This document shows, piece after piece, positions 46,264 to 58,124 of a stretch of 64,000 nucleotides of DNA. The position numbers were made by a program, and so were the translations under genes. The DNA is from Deltaproteobacteria bacterium (GTDB taxonomy: Bacteria; Myxococcota; Kuafuiibacteriia; Kuafuiibacteriales; Kuafuiibacteriaceae): positions 448,001 through 512,000 of the forward strand of contig JAVJQW010000011.1 in assembly GCA_040218735.1 (NCBI GenBank). The letters are read 5' to 3'. How positions within the stretch are numbered: position 1 is the stretch's first letter; each line of letters starts with the position of its first letter. Below the pieces are notes generated by a model. It had not been told where the DNA came from. It ran no database searches and worked only from the letters and a program-made list of their open reading frames with translations.

Positions 46264-48011
46264 GGACCACCGGCCTCGGGTGCATGCGACTGTCGAACGT
46301 CGACCGCGCGCAGGCGATCGAAACGATTCACGCCGCGCTCGACGCCGGCGTTCGGTGGCTCGACACCGCCGACGTCTACGGCCCCACCGCGCGCGACGTC
46401 GGCCACAACGAACGACGCGTTCGCGAAGCGCTCGACACCTACGGCGGCGACACCTCCAACGTCATCGTCTCGACCAAGGGCGGACTCACGCGCACCGGCG
46501 CCCGCTGGATCCCGAACGGCCAGAAGAAACACCTGGAGGCCGCGTGCGCGCGGAGCCTCGCGACCCTCGGGCACATCGACGTCTACTTCCTCCACGTCGT
46601 CGATCCCAAGACCCCGCTCGCGACGAGCGTCCGCGCGCTCGAGCGACTCCGCCGCGACGGCCACGTGAAGGCGCTGGGCCTCAGTAACGTGACGGTCGAG
46701 CAGCTGGAGGCGGCGCTCGAGATCGCGCCGATCACCTACGTGCAGATGGAGCTGGGCGTCACGTCGCCCCAAGGTTTCGAGTCCGGAGTCCCCGAGACCT
46801 GCCGCCGCCTCGGCGTACACCTCGTCGCGTCGCGTCCTTTCGGGGAAGTGAAGGGCCTGAAGAAGATCCGACGCCACGAAGTGCTCCGCACGATCGCCGA
46901 TCGGCATGACGTCACCCCGGAGGCCATCGCGCTGTCGTGGCTCTACGCGCTCGACGACGACCTGGTCGCGCTCCCCGGCGCGACCCGCCCCGAGACCGGC
47001 GCGGCGGCGGCGCGGATCGTCGCGCTCGAAGACGATGATCGTGACGCCCTCGACGACGCCTTCCCCACCGGCGTGCAGCTGTCGACGCCACGCGCCGAGC
47101 GGCGCCCTCAGGACACCGACGGCGACGTCGTAATCGTGATGGGCATGCCGGGCGCGGGCAAGACGACGCGCGCCGAAGCGTACGCAAACGACGGCTACGT
47201 TCGCATCAACCGCGACGAACGCGGCGGCACCCTCGCCAAGCTCATCCCGGAGCTGGAGCGTCACCTCGCCGCGGGTGACCGACGCATCGTCCTCGACAAC
47301 ACCTACGCCACCCGCGCGACCCGGAACCGCGTCATCGAGGCCTCGTGGCGCCACGGCGCTCCGGCGCGCTGCGACTGGGTCGCGACCTCACTGGAGGACG
47401 CGCAGATCAACGCCATCCAGCGGATGATTCAGCGACACGGGCGCCTCCTCGACGACGCGGAGGTCCGTGCGCTGAAGAAGTCCGAGCCGAACACGTTCCT
47501 CCCGCGGGTGCAGTATCGCTACCGCGAGCAGCTCGAGGCGCCGCGCGAGGACGAAGGTTTCGCGAAGGTCGAGGTCGTCCCGTTCGAACGTGCGCCGTAC
47601 GGCGAGGGCCGCGCGGTCTTCGTCGACGCCGACGCGTTCCTGTGGGGCGACGGGGGTGTCGCCATCGACGACGCGGTCGCGGACGCGCTCACGGCCTGGC
47701 ACCGCGCGGGGTTCGCGGTGTTCGGTTTGGCGTGGCTCCCGCAGCTCGCGGCGACGCCCGATCGCGTCGACGCGTGGGAGCGACAGGTCCGCGAACGGCT
47801 CGGCTTCGAGCTCCGCGCTCGCTGGTGTCCGCACCCGGCGGGCCCCGTCGCGTGCTGGTGCCGTCCCCCGCTCCCGGGGCTGGTGATCGCACACGCGTTG
47901 GAGGCCGGCGTCGACCTCGGTCGGTCACGGCTGCTCGCGACCTCGGCCGCCTACACGACGCTCGCCGCCCGCGTCGGCCTGACGCGGGTCGACGTCGACG
48001 ACCGCCCCTGA
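46260..48011 (+). CDS. aldo/keto reductase + AAA_33/PNKP-like kinase + HAD-like domain fusion
   Basis: GLGCM, LDTADVYG, STKGG, DVYFLH, LGLSN (AKR); GMPGAGKT (aa 295-302), INRD, IVLDNT (kinase); FVDADA (D456/D458), CPH..CWCRPP (HAD IIIA-like). Confidence 0.85.
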   Translation: MRTTGLGCMRLSNVDRAQAIETIHAALDAGVRWLDTADVYGPTARDVGHNERRVREALDTYGGDTSNVIVSTKGGLTRTGARWIPNGQKKHLEAACARSLATLGHIDVYFLHVVDPKTPLATSVRALERLRRDGHVKALGLSNVTVEQLEAALEIAPITYVQMELGVTSPQGFESGVPETCRRLGVHLVASRPFGEVKGLKKIRRHEVLRTIADRHDVTPEAIALSWLYALDDDLVALPGATRPETGAAAARIVALEDDDRDALDDAFPTGVQLSTPRAERRPQDTDGDVVIVMGMPGAGKTTRAEAYANDGYVRINRDERGGTLAKLIPELERHLAAGDRRIVLDNTYATRATRNRVIEASWRHGAPARCDWVATSLEDAQINAIQRMIQRHGRLLDDAEVRALKKSEPNTFLPRVQYRYREQLEAPREDEGFAKVEVVPFERAPYGEGRAVFVDADAFLWGDGGVAIDDAVADALTAWHRAGFAVFGLAWLPQLAATPDRVDAWERQVRERLGFELRARWCPHPAGPVACWCRPPLPGLVIAHALEAGVDLGRSRLLATSAAYTTLAARVGLTRVDVDDRP

Positions 48012-49591
48012 CCCGCGGGGGGGCAGTCGGCCACGGGTCGTTCGGGCTGCGCCGGCGGTTCCGGCTGCGACGGCGCACCGAGATCGGCCGTGTCGAGCTG
48101 GGCCTCGAAAGGGAGGATCAGATCGACGCGGGTCCCGCGGCCGACCTCCGAGTCGATGATCACGCGCCCACCGTGTTTACGCAGCGTCTCCAGCGCGAGT
48201 GACAGCCCGAGCCCCCGCGCGCCCTCGTGCTCGCGGGTGGTGAAGAACGGCTCGAAGATCCGCTTGTCGTGCTTCGGGTCGATGCCACACCCGTTGTCCT
48301 CGATCGATACACACACCCCCTCGTCGGTGGTGCGGGTGGTGATCGAGATTTCGTTCTCGCGTGCGTCGCGGTCGATTTGATCGACGGCCCACACCGCGTT
48401 GAGGAGCACGTTGACGATCGCCTGGACCATCTTGGTCGCATCGACGGGGAGCTCCGGCGTGGACTCCAGCTTCTGCTCGAGCCGGGCGCGGCCGACGATC
48501 GAGCTCCGCAGCAGATCACACGCCTGCTCCGCGAGCCGCGCGACATCCATGGGCAACACATCGGTCGGCTGTAGTCGCGCGAAGGCACCGAGGTCGCGGA
48601 CGATGCCCGCGATGCGCTGGATGCCGGCGATCGTGTCCTCGGCCATCTCGCGCATCCCCTGGAACCGGTCCGGTAGGTCCTCGTTGTCCAGCATCGCCTG
48701 GATGTCGCCCGGGTCGCGCTCGGCCTTGAGCGCCGCACCGAGCATCTTGAACGTCTCTTCCAACGCGACGATCTCTTCGAGCATCAGCGTGCTGTTGGCT
48801 TGGATGAAGCTCGCGGGGTTGTTGATGAGGTGCGCGACGCCCGCCGCGAGCTGGCCGATCGACGCGAGCCGATCCGCTTCGAGGAGGCGACGTTCGAGCT
48901 CGGCCGAACGCTGCCGGTCCGAGATGTCACGAATGGAGACGAGGACCGCGAGTTGCCCGTCCCACGTGATGCGAGAGGTGCGGAGCTCCGCGGAGCGGCT
49001 CTCGCCGCTGGGGCGGGTCACCTCGATCTTGGCCCCCGCCTCCGCGTCGAGCGGTAGGCCGAGCTCGACGCCGATGAGCTCCTTCGCGGGCCGGCCGAGG
49101 ATCTCGACGGTCGCGTTGTTCACGTACAGGACGACGCCGTGTTCATCGACGACGACCGCGCCGTCCGCGTTGCGCTCGACGATCGCGCGCAGCTGGCCGG
49201 CGACGCGAGAGCGCTGGGCGGCGAACATGATTCCGCTCGCTAGCGAGATCGTGTGGACGCCATCCTTCGAGACAAAATCGTCCGCACCGTTCGCGAGCAC
49301 GTTCAGTCGGAGCCGATCGTCGCTCGATGAGGTGAGCACGACGACCGGCGTCTCCGGAGCCGCTGCGCGGACGCGCTTCACGGTCTCGATGCCGTCCGAG
49401 TCCGGCAGCGCAAGATCGGTGAGGATGATGTCGAAAGTGTCAGCCGCGAGCGTGTCGACGGCGCTCGCGAGGTCGAGCACGTGCACGACCTCGAAGTCGG
49501 CGATTTCGGCGCGGTCGAGCGAACGCCGGACGATGACTGCGTCCGCGTCGAGGTCCTCGATCAGCAGAACGCGGTAGCGACCGTCGCGCAC
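47951..49591 (-). CDS. hybrid sensor histidine kinase (REC-PAS-HisKA-HATPase)
   Basis: VLLIED, TDLALPD, DFVSK; PAS; [10 protein letters not shown]; [23 protein letters not shown]. Confidence 0.93.
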   Translation of the reverse strand: MRDGRYRVLLIEDLDADAVIVRRSLDRAEIADFEVVHVLDLASAVDTLAADTFDIILTDLALPDSDGIETVKRVRAAAPETPVVVLTSSSDDRLRLNVLANGADDFVSKDGVHTISLASGIMFAAQRSRVAGQLRAIVERNADGAVVVDEHGVVLYVNNATVEILGRPAKELIGVELGLPLDAEAGAKIEVTRPSGESRSAELRTSRITWDGQLAVLVSIRDISDRQRSAELERRLLEADRLASIGQLAAGVAHLINNPASFIQANSTLMLEEIVALEETFKMLGAALKAERDPGDIQAMLDNEDLPDRFQGMREMAEDTIAGIQRIAGIVRDLGAFARLQPTDVLPMDVARLAEQACDLLRSSIVGRARLEQKLESTPELPVDATKMVQAIVNVLLNAVWAVDQIDRDARENEISITTRTTDEGVCVSIEDNGCGIDPKHDKRIFEPFFTTREHEGARGLGLSLALETLRKHGGRVIIDSEVGRGTRVDLILPFEAQLDTADLGAPSQPEPPAQPERPVADCPPAGQGRSSTSTRVRPTRAASVV

Positions 49592-49622
49592 TGCCTTTTT
49601 TCAGCACGGGAGCCGGGCACCG

Positions 49623-50597
49623 TCAATCAATCGGCCCCGCTTCGGTCCGGTCCGTCTGCCCGACCCGCAAGAAACGCAGGTAGTGCAGCGCCGCCTCTTC
49701 CGGCCGCTCGACCATCGGAAGGTGCCCGCAACCGTCCATGATGACCACCACGGCGTGGGGGACGCGCGGCTGCATGACCTCGATGGACGACACGTCCAGG
49801 ACGCGGTCCGAGTCGCCCCACAGCACCAGCACCGGGACGTCGATGTCCTCGAGTACGGGTTCGAGGGGGAACGGGCGTTCCGCGAGGTCCCCGGAGATCT
49901 TGGCGTTGAACGCCCGGGTCTCGACCGCGCGACGGGCGAAATGCTCCAAGACGGGGCCCGGCAGGAAGGGGCGCTCGACGAACACGAGATCCACGATGCG
50001 CTCGTAGTCTTCGACGCTCGACGCGAGCAACGGCGTCTCACCGCGGTGCCGCGCCTGCATGACCTCGCTCTCGTTGGTCGGCGTCACGCCGGAGTTGGCG
50101 AAGAACGCGACGCTCGTCACGTGGTCGCGGTGTTTGACGGCGTACGCCCCGACGAGGTTGCCGCCCATGGAGTTGCCGACGACGTGGTGGGGCTCGAGGC
50201 CGAGCGCGTCGGCGAAGGCCGCCAACCGATCCGCCTGCGAGGCGATGTCGTAGGTCGCGGCTTCGTCGCGGGTGCTCTCGCCGAAGCCCGGGAGGTCCGG
50301 GATGACCACGTGGTAGTCGCCGAAGTGGCGGGCGAAGCGCGTCCAGTTGTCCTTGTCGGCGGAGAAGCCGTGGACCATGAGGATCGTCGGTGACGCTTCA
50401 GCGTTGGCTTCGAGGTAGACGATGCGGTGCCCGTCGACCTCGACGACCTTCTGCTCGAGGCCAGCGCGCCCACGCTCGAGGCGCATCGTCGCGTCCAGGG
50501 CGAGGCCCGGCGACAGCCACACGGCGAGGCCGCCGACCACCGCGACGAGCACGAGCGCGAGGGCGATCCAGCGGAGGATGCGGGCGGTGCGTGCCAT
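49623..50597 (-). CDS. exported alpha/beta hydrolase (lipase family)
   Basis: N-terminal TM/signal; HGFS, PDLPGFG, GNSMGG, WGDSD, CGHLP. Confidence 0.9.
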   Translation of the reverse strand: MARTARILRWIALALVLVAVVGGLAVWLSPGLALDATMRLERGRAGLEQKVVEVDGHRIVYLEANAEASPTILMVHGFSADKDNWTRFARHFGDYHVVIPDLPGFGESTRDEAATYDIASQADRLAAFADALGLEPHHVVGNSMGGNLVGAYAVKHRDHVTSVAFFANSGVTPTNESEVMQARHRGETPLLASSVEDYERIVDLVFVERPFLPGPVLEHFARRAVETRAFNAKISGDLAERPFPLEPVLEDIDVPVLVLWGDSDRVLDVSSIEVMQPRVPHAVVVIMDGCGHLPMVERPEEAALHYLRFLRVGQTDRTEAGPID

Positions 50598-50678
50598 GGT
50601 CTGGAGGGGTCAGTTAGCCCGCTCGAACGCCGTTCGTCCAATTGCGCTGCGACCGGGGACCGCACTAGATCACGCGAC

Positions 50679-52592
50679 ATGCGGAAGGGGTTGATCGCGT
50701 CGTTGGCCGGGCTGGTGTTTGCGTGCGCCCCTGGCTCGGACGAGCCGGCGAACCACGAGCCGCACGACGAGATGCCGGAGGCGATGGCGCCGCTGACGCA
50801 GTCCGCGGAGGACGGTCCGGTCGCGGAGGGGGTCTATCGAGCACCGGACCTCGCGGCCTTTGCGAGAGCCGACGGGTTCGCGCTGGGGCCCAAGATCCCG
50901 CTGCCGTCCGTCGCCTCGCGCGCGACGATCTGGGTGACGCTCTCGGACGCGACCGACGCGACGCCGATCGTCTTCGCGCAGGCGGGCTGGTCCAACGGCC
51001 AGAGCGGACCCTTCGTTCCTCTGGCGGAGATCGGCGCGGTCGGCGCCGAGCGGGTGCTCGCCGTGGACCTCGAGACCGCGGCGACTTCGCTCACGCTGCG
51101 CGTCGCCGAGAACGCAATCGCGCGCGTGAAGACGATGCGGTGGGCGGCGTCGGTCCCGCTCGAGGCGAGCCTGCTCGGCGCGCTCGCCGACGCGGAGCCG
51201 GTTCAGGACTCGGTCGTCGCGGCGCGGTCCACGTGGTCGGCGCTGCCGGCGCGCTGCGGTCCGAACGACGTCGCGCCGACGACGATCGTCCTGCGGGCCG
51301 AGGAGACGCCGACCGACGAGGTGGCCGCCCTGCGCGCGCTGCAGCTGCGCGATCGGGACGGGCTCGGGTGGTGTGACGTTCGACCGTCCTACGTGGTGGG
51401 CGCGACGCAGGTGTTCATGGGCCGCGGCACGCGACGGGCGGCGGCCGAGGCGACGGCAGAGGCCAACGCGGGTCGCGTGGCGGTCTCGGTGCTCGGCTGC
51501 ACGCCGTCCGGCGCGACGGAGGCGAACCTCTTCGCGGCGCTCGACGAGCTGGTGCGTCGCTTCTCGATCACGTCGGCGGACGACGTCGTGGTGATGGCGT
51601 CGCCGGTCTGCGCGGACGTCGCGGGGCTGGAGGAAGCCAAGGCGCGCTGGGTCGCGACGGATCCCTTCGACACGATGCCGCCGCCTCCACCCCCACCTCC
51701 TCCGCCGCCGCCGCCTCCGACGATGGGGACGATCGAGGGCGTGGTCGAGGACGGGTCGATGCCCGGCGTGCCGATCGAGGGCGCTCGGGTGATGTGTGCG
51801 TGTGGTGCGTCGACGACGACCGGCGTCGACGGGCGCTTCACGCTCGAGACACCCGTCGGTGCGCAGGCCTTGGTCGTCACGAAGATGGGGTTCGACGACG
51901 GGAGCGCGGCGGTGGACGTGATGGGCGGCGCGACGTCGAACGTGACAGTGACGCTGACACCCGAGGTGATGATGAACCCGGGCGTGAGCGTGATCGACCA
52001 CGCTTACCTGATCGATCGGTGGGGCGGCGTGAATGCGGACCCGACGATGTTCCCCGAGACGCAGGACGGCTTTCAGGCCTACCTCGACGCGGTCGGCGTG
52101 ACGTACTTCGCGGCGTGGGAGTACGTGGTGCCGAACAACGCGAGCGTGGCGGCGAGCTGCGGGTACACGATTCTTCTTCCGGACCGTTCGATGTGGCCGC
52201 GCGCGGCGGCGCTCGGGTTGTTGGCGGATCAGCTGCGGTCGCTCGTGAACGAACCGGTGACGCTGCGGAACTGGTGGCGACCGCCCTGCTACAACGAGGG
52301 CGTGGGCGGGGCGGCGAACGGCGACCACCCGGACGGCGACGCGCTGGACCTCGACTTTCGAAGCGCCACGAGCCGCGCCGCGGCGCAGCAGTACCTGTGC
52401 AACAACTACTGGAGCCAGGACTTGGTCGCGCCGGAGGACATCGCGCCGGGAAGCGGGTTGAATCCGCGGCTGAACATGTCGGTCGGGCTCGGGGGCGTGA
52501 CGATCCACCTTGGGCTGCTGTCGCAGAACGGGCGGCGCTTCTGGAAGTACGCGTCGTACACGCAGGAGCCGAGCTCGGGGAGCTGCTGGTAG
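50679..52592 (+). CDS. lipoprotein: degenerate PGRP/amidase_2-like + poly-Pro + carboxypeptidase-regulatory-like + peptidase M15A domain
   Basis: Lipobox VFAC; ARSTWSA..GWCDV..VFMGRG; GTIEGVVED..PIEGARV..TGVDGRF; WWRPPCYNEGVGG..HPDGDALD..TIHLG. Confidence 0.75.
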   Translation: MRKGLIASLAGLVFACAPGSDEPANHEPHDEMPEAMAPLTQSAEDGPVAEGVYRAPDLAAFARADGFALGPKIPLPSVASRATIWVTLSDATDATPIVFAQAGWSNGQSGPFVPLAEIGAVGAERVLAVDLETAATSLTLRVAENAIARVKTMRWAASVPLEASLLGALADAEPVQDSVVAARSTWSALPARCGPNDVAPTTIVLRAEETPTDEVAALRALQLRDRDGLGWCDVRPSYVVGATQVFMGRGTRRAAAEATAEANAGRVAVSVLGCTPSGATEANLFAALDELVRRFSITSADDVVVMASPVCADVAGLEEAKARWVATDPFDTMPPPPPPPPPPPPPPTMGTIEGVVEDGSMPGVPIEGARVMCACGASTTTGVDGRFTLETPVGAQALVVTKMGFDDGSAAVDVMGGATSNVTVTLTPEVMMNPGVSVIDHAYLIDRWGGVNADPTMFPETQDGFQAYLDAVGVTYFAAWEYVVPNNASVAASCGYTILLPDRSMWPRAAALGLLADQLRSLVNEPVTLRNWWRPPCYNEGVGGAANGDHPDGDALDLDFRSATSRAAAQQYLCNNYWSQDLVAPEDIAPGSGLNPRLNMSVGLGGVTIHLGLLSQNGRRFWKYASYTQEPSSGSCW

Positions 52593-52593
52593 T

Positions 52594-55320
<2,727 letters not shown>

Positions 55321-55334
55321 GGCGCGACCGCACC

Positions 55335-55568
55335 TCACCGTTCGAGCATCCGAATGCGCCCGCGCACCCGGTGGCGGCGCCCGGACGCCTCCGTCGTCAC
55401 CGACCCGCGCGCCGCCCCCTGCACCACGTGCAACGCGGAAGTCGCGCGCCCGGCCGCGGCGGCGAGGTCCGCCTCTTGTTTCGCCGCGCCCGTCGCCGTG
55501 GGCTTCGCGTCGCCGCAGCCCGACACGACGACGGCGAGGAAAGCCCAAGCGCATACGTGTATTCGCAC
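55335..55568 (-). CDS. small lipoprotein upstream of the collagen gene
   Basis: [18 protein letters not shown] lipobox; stop 14 nt before the collagen ATG. Confidence 0.6.
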   Translation of the reverse strand: MRIHVCAWAFLAVVVSGCGDAKPTATGAAKQEADLAAAAGRATSALHVVQGAARGSVTTEASGRRHRVRGRIRMLER

Positions 55569-55665
55569 GGTCCTCGAATCGGCCGCACCGCCTCCGCGCG
55601 ACAGTCATCGACGTCCGACGTTTCGGATTGAAACACCGAGTGGGTGTTGAACCCGCGGCGGCGAC

Positions 55666-56982
55666 GTGTTGCCTTCCGTCGCGGTGCGCCGACTCCTCGC
55701 ATGCGGGCTCGCGATCCTCGGCGCCTGTGTCCCGACCGCACCGCGGGATCGCGCCTACGTCTCGGACGCCATCCAGGAACGCACCGGCGCAGCGACCGGC
55801 GACGCGTCGCGCGTCGAACCCACCGCCGCACCCAACGTCCGCGTCGACGACGGCGTCACCGAAGACGAGGCCGTGCGCATGGCGCTGTGGAACAACGCCG
55901 AGCTCCACGCCACGCTCGAAGACCTCGGGTTCGCACGCGCCGAGCTCTACCGCGCGGGGGCCCTCCCCAACCCGACGCTCTCGACGTTCCTCCCGCTCGG
56001 CCCCAAACAGTGGGAGTTCACGATCGCTTGGGCGATCGACTGGCTCTGGGGTCGCCCCTACCGCGTCGCCGCCGCGAGCCTCGACATGGAGCGCGTCGCG
56101 GAGGAGCTCGTCGCACGCGGCGTGGAGGTCGCCCGCGACGCGCGCATCGCCCACGCCAACGTCGTGCTCGCCGAGCGGCAGGACGTCCTCGCCCGCGAAG
56201 CGGCGAAGGCCTGGGATGCCATCGCGCACCTCGCACGCGTCCGGCGCGCCGCCGGGGCCGCGTCGCTCCTCGAGGTGAACGCCGTCGAGACCGACGCGCG
56301 CGCCGCGAAGATCGAGGCGGACCGACGCACCCTGCTCGTCCGCGCCGCGCACGCGCGCCTGCGCGAGGTGCTCGGCGCCGAAGACGTCGTCGACGTCATC
56401 CCCCCGACCGGCGCCGCCACCGTGACCGCCTCGCTCGAAGACCTCGAAAAGGTCGCCCTCGCCGCGCGCCCCGAAGTGCGTGCGGCCGAGCTCGCGGTCG
56501 AAGCGGCCGGCGAGCGCGCCGGCTGGGAGGTCGCGCGCATCTTCCAGCTCATCGGGCAGCTCGACTTCAACGCCCAAGGATTCGCCGGCGGCCCCGAGGC
56601 CGGCCCCGGCCTCATCCTCACGATCCCGCTCTTCGATCAGAACCAGGCCGGCCGCACGCGCGTCGACGCCGAGCTGCGCGCCGCGTCCTGGCGCTACATC
56701 GGCGTGCGTCAACGTATCTTGCGCGAGGTCGCCGAGGCCTACGCCGCGCTCACGATCGCCAAGACCACACGCGAGCGCTGGCCGGCGGACGTGCTCGAAC
56801 CGTTGGAGCGCAACGTCCAGCTCGCGACACACGCGTACGAAGCCGGCGGCGCGTCGTACCTCGCCGTGCTCGACGCCAACCGCCGACGCATCGAAGCCAA
56901 ACAACGCGAGGCCGAGCTGTTCGCCGAGGAACGCCGCGCGCTCGCCGAGCTCGCACGCAGCGTGGGGAGGATGCCCGAATGA
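55666..56982 (+). CDS. TolC/OprM-family outer-membrane efflux lipoprotein
   Basis: Lipobox LGAC; [39 protein letters not shown]. Confidence 0.9.
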   Translation: MLPSVAVRRLLACGLAILGACVPTAPRDRAYVSDAIQERTGAATGDASRVEPTAAPNVRVDDGVTEDEAVRMALWNNAELHATLEDLGFARAELYRAGALPNPTLSTFLPLGPKQWEFTIAWAIDWLWGRPYRVAAASLDMERVAEELVARGVEVARDARIAHANVVLAERQDVLAREAAKAWDAIAHLARVRRAAGAASLLEVNAVETDARAAKIEADRRTLLVRAAHARLREVLGAEDVVDVIPPTGAATVTASLEDLEKVALAARPEVRAAELAVEAAGERAGWEVARIFQLIGQLDFNAQGFAGGPEAGPGLILTIPLFDQNQAGRTRVDAELRAASWRYIGVRQRILREVAEAYAALTIAKTTRERWPADVLEPLERNVQLATHAYEAGGASYLAVLDANRRRIEAKQREAELFAEERRALAELARSVGRMPE

Positions 56983-58124
56983 CCATCACGAACGCCGCGT
57001 TCGTTTGTTTCGCCCTCGTGACGGGCGGCGCACCGGCGCCGAAGAACCCACCCGCGAAGGTCGAACACGCCGCGAACGGCGGGACGATCACGCTGAAACC
57101 CGAGGCCGAGAAGCGCCTCGCGATCACCCTCGGCAAGATCGAGAAGCGCTCCGTACGCGACGTCCTCGTTCGCTCGGGGCGCATCGACACCGCCCCCGGC
57201 GGACGCGGCCCGATCGTCGCGCCCGTCGCTGGCACCATCCTGCCGCCGCCGGGGAAGAGCGCCCTCCTCCTCCCGGGCGCCAACGTCACCGATGGTCAGA
57301 TCGTGATGCGGCTCCTCCCCCTCGTCGCGCCGGACCGGAACCTGGAGGTCGAAGCCAAACGCGACTACGAGCTCGCGCGCGCCCGCCTCGACATGGCGGA
57401 GAAACGCGCCGTGCGCATGAAGACACTCCTGAAGGAAGGCGCCGTCGACGTGGCCGCGCTCGAACAAGCGCAAACCGAGCACGACGTCGCGAAGGCGGAG
57501 CTGGAAGCCGCGAAGAAACGCGTCGCGCGCGCCGCACGCAACCCGATGGCCGCCGACGTCTCCCTCTCCTTGCGCGCGCCGCACGCCGGGGTGTTGATGT
57601 CCTCAGACGTCGCGAACGGTCAGGCCGTCACGCAGGGCTCCGTGTTGTTCGAGGTCGTCGCGGCCGACGCGCTGTGGGTTCAGGTCCCGGTCTTCGTCGG
57701 CGCGCTCACGAAGATTGACGAGGACGCCAAAGCCACGGTGCGAGTCCTCGGCACCGACGTTCGCCGCAGCGCCACGCGCATCAAGCGGCCCCCCGTCGCC
57801 GGGGCCGGCTCGGCGGTCGCGGTGTTCTACGCGCTCGACGACACCGACGGCCTGAGCCCCGGGCTCCGCGCGACCGTCGAGCTCCCGCTGCACGACGCAG
57901 GCGAGCGCCTCGTCGCGCCGTGGTCCTCGATCGTCTGGGACGAAAACGGCGGCACCTGGGTGTACGCGCGGACGGCGGAGCTCACGTACACGCGAAAGCG
58001 CGTGCAGGTCGCGCGCATCGTCGGTGAGCACGCGGTGCTCGACGCCGGCCCCGACGTCGGCACCGAAGTCGCGACCGCCGGCGTCATGGAGCTCTACGGG
58101 ACGGAGACGGGTATCGGAAAATGA
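56979..58124 (+). CDS. RND efflux periplasmic adaptor (MFP)
   Basis: ATGA overlap; [30 protein letters not shown]. Confidence 0.9.
   Translation: MTITNAAFVCFALVTGGAPAPKNPPAKVEHAANGGTITLKPEAEKRLAITLGKIEKRSVRDVLVRSGRIDTAPGGRGPIVAPVAGTILPPPGKSALLLPGANVTDGQIVMRLLPLVAPDRNLEVEAKRDYELARARLDMAEKRAVRMKTLLKEGAVDVAALEQAQTEHDVAKAELEAAKKRVARAARNPMAADVSLSLRAPHAGVLMSSDVANGQAVTQGSVLFEVVAADALWVQVPVFVGALTKIDEDAKATVRVLGTDVRRSATRIKRPPVAGAGSAVAVFYALDDTDGLSPGLRATVELPLHDAGERLVAPWSSIVWDENGGTWVYARTAELTYTRKRVQVARIVGEHAVLDAGPDVGTEVATAGVMELYGTETGIGK

Noticed and set aside
492-48011. A DNA-repair island (rnhB, radical SAM, MPG, AKR-kinase)
   Set aside because: Genes are scattered over 47 kb among unrelated genes; only one LexA-like box was noticed
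51677-51719. C-rich low-complexity tract
   Set aside because: In-frame poly-proline linker with mixed codons
55598-55634. GGATTGAAAC preceded by a small hairpin, resembling the 3' end of a CRISPR repeat
   Set aside because: Single copy, no regularly spaced repeats and no cas genes in the window
55321-56904. Apparent 1436-aa version of the collagen ORF
   Set aside because: The extension is antisense to the TolC gene; the signal peptide begins at ATG 55320
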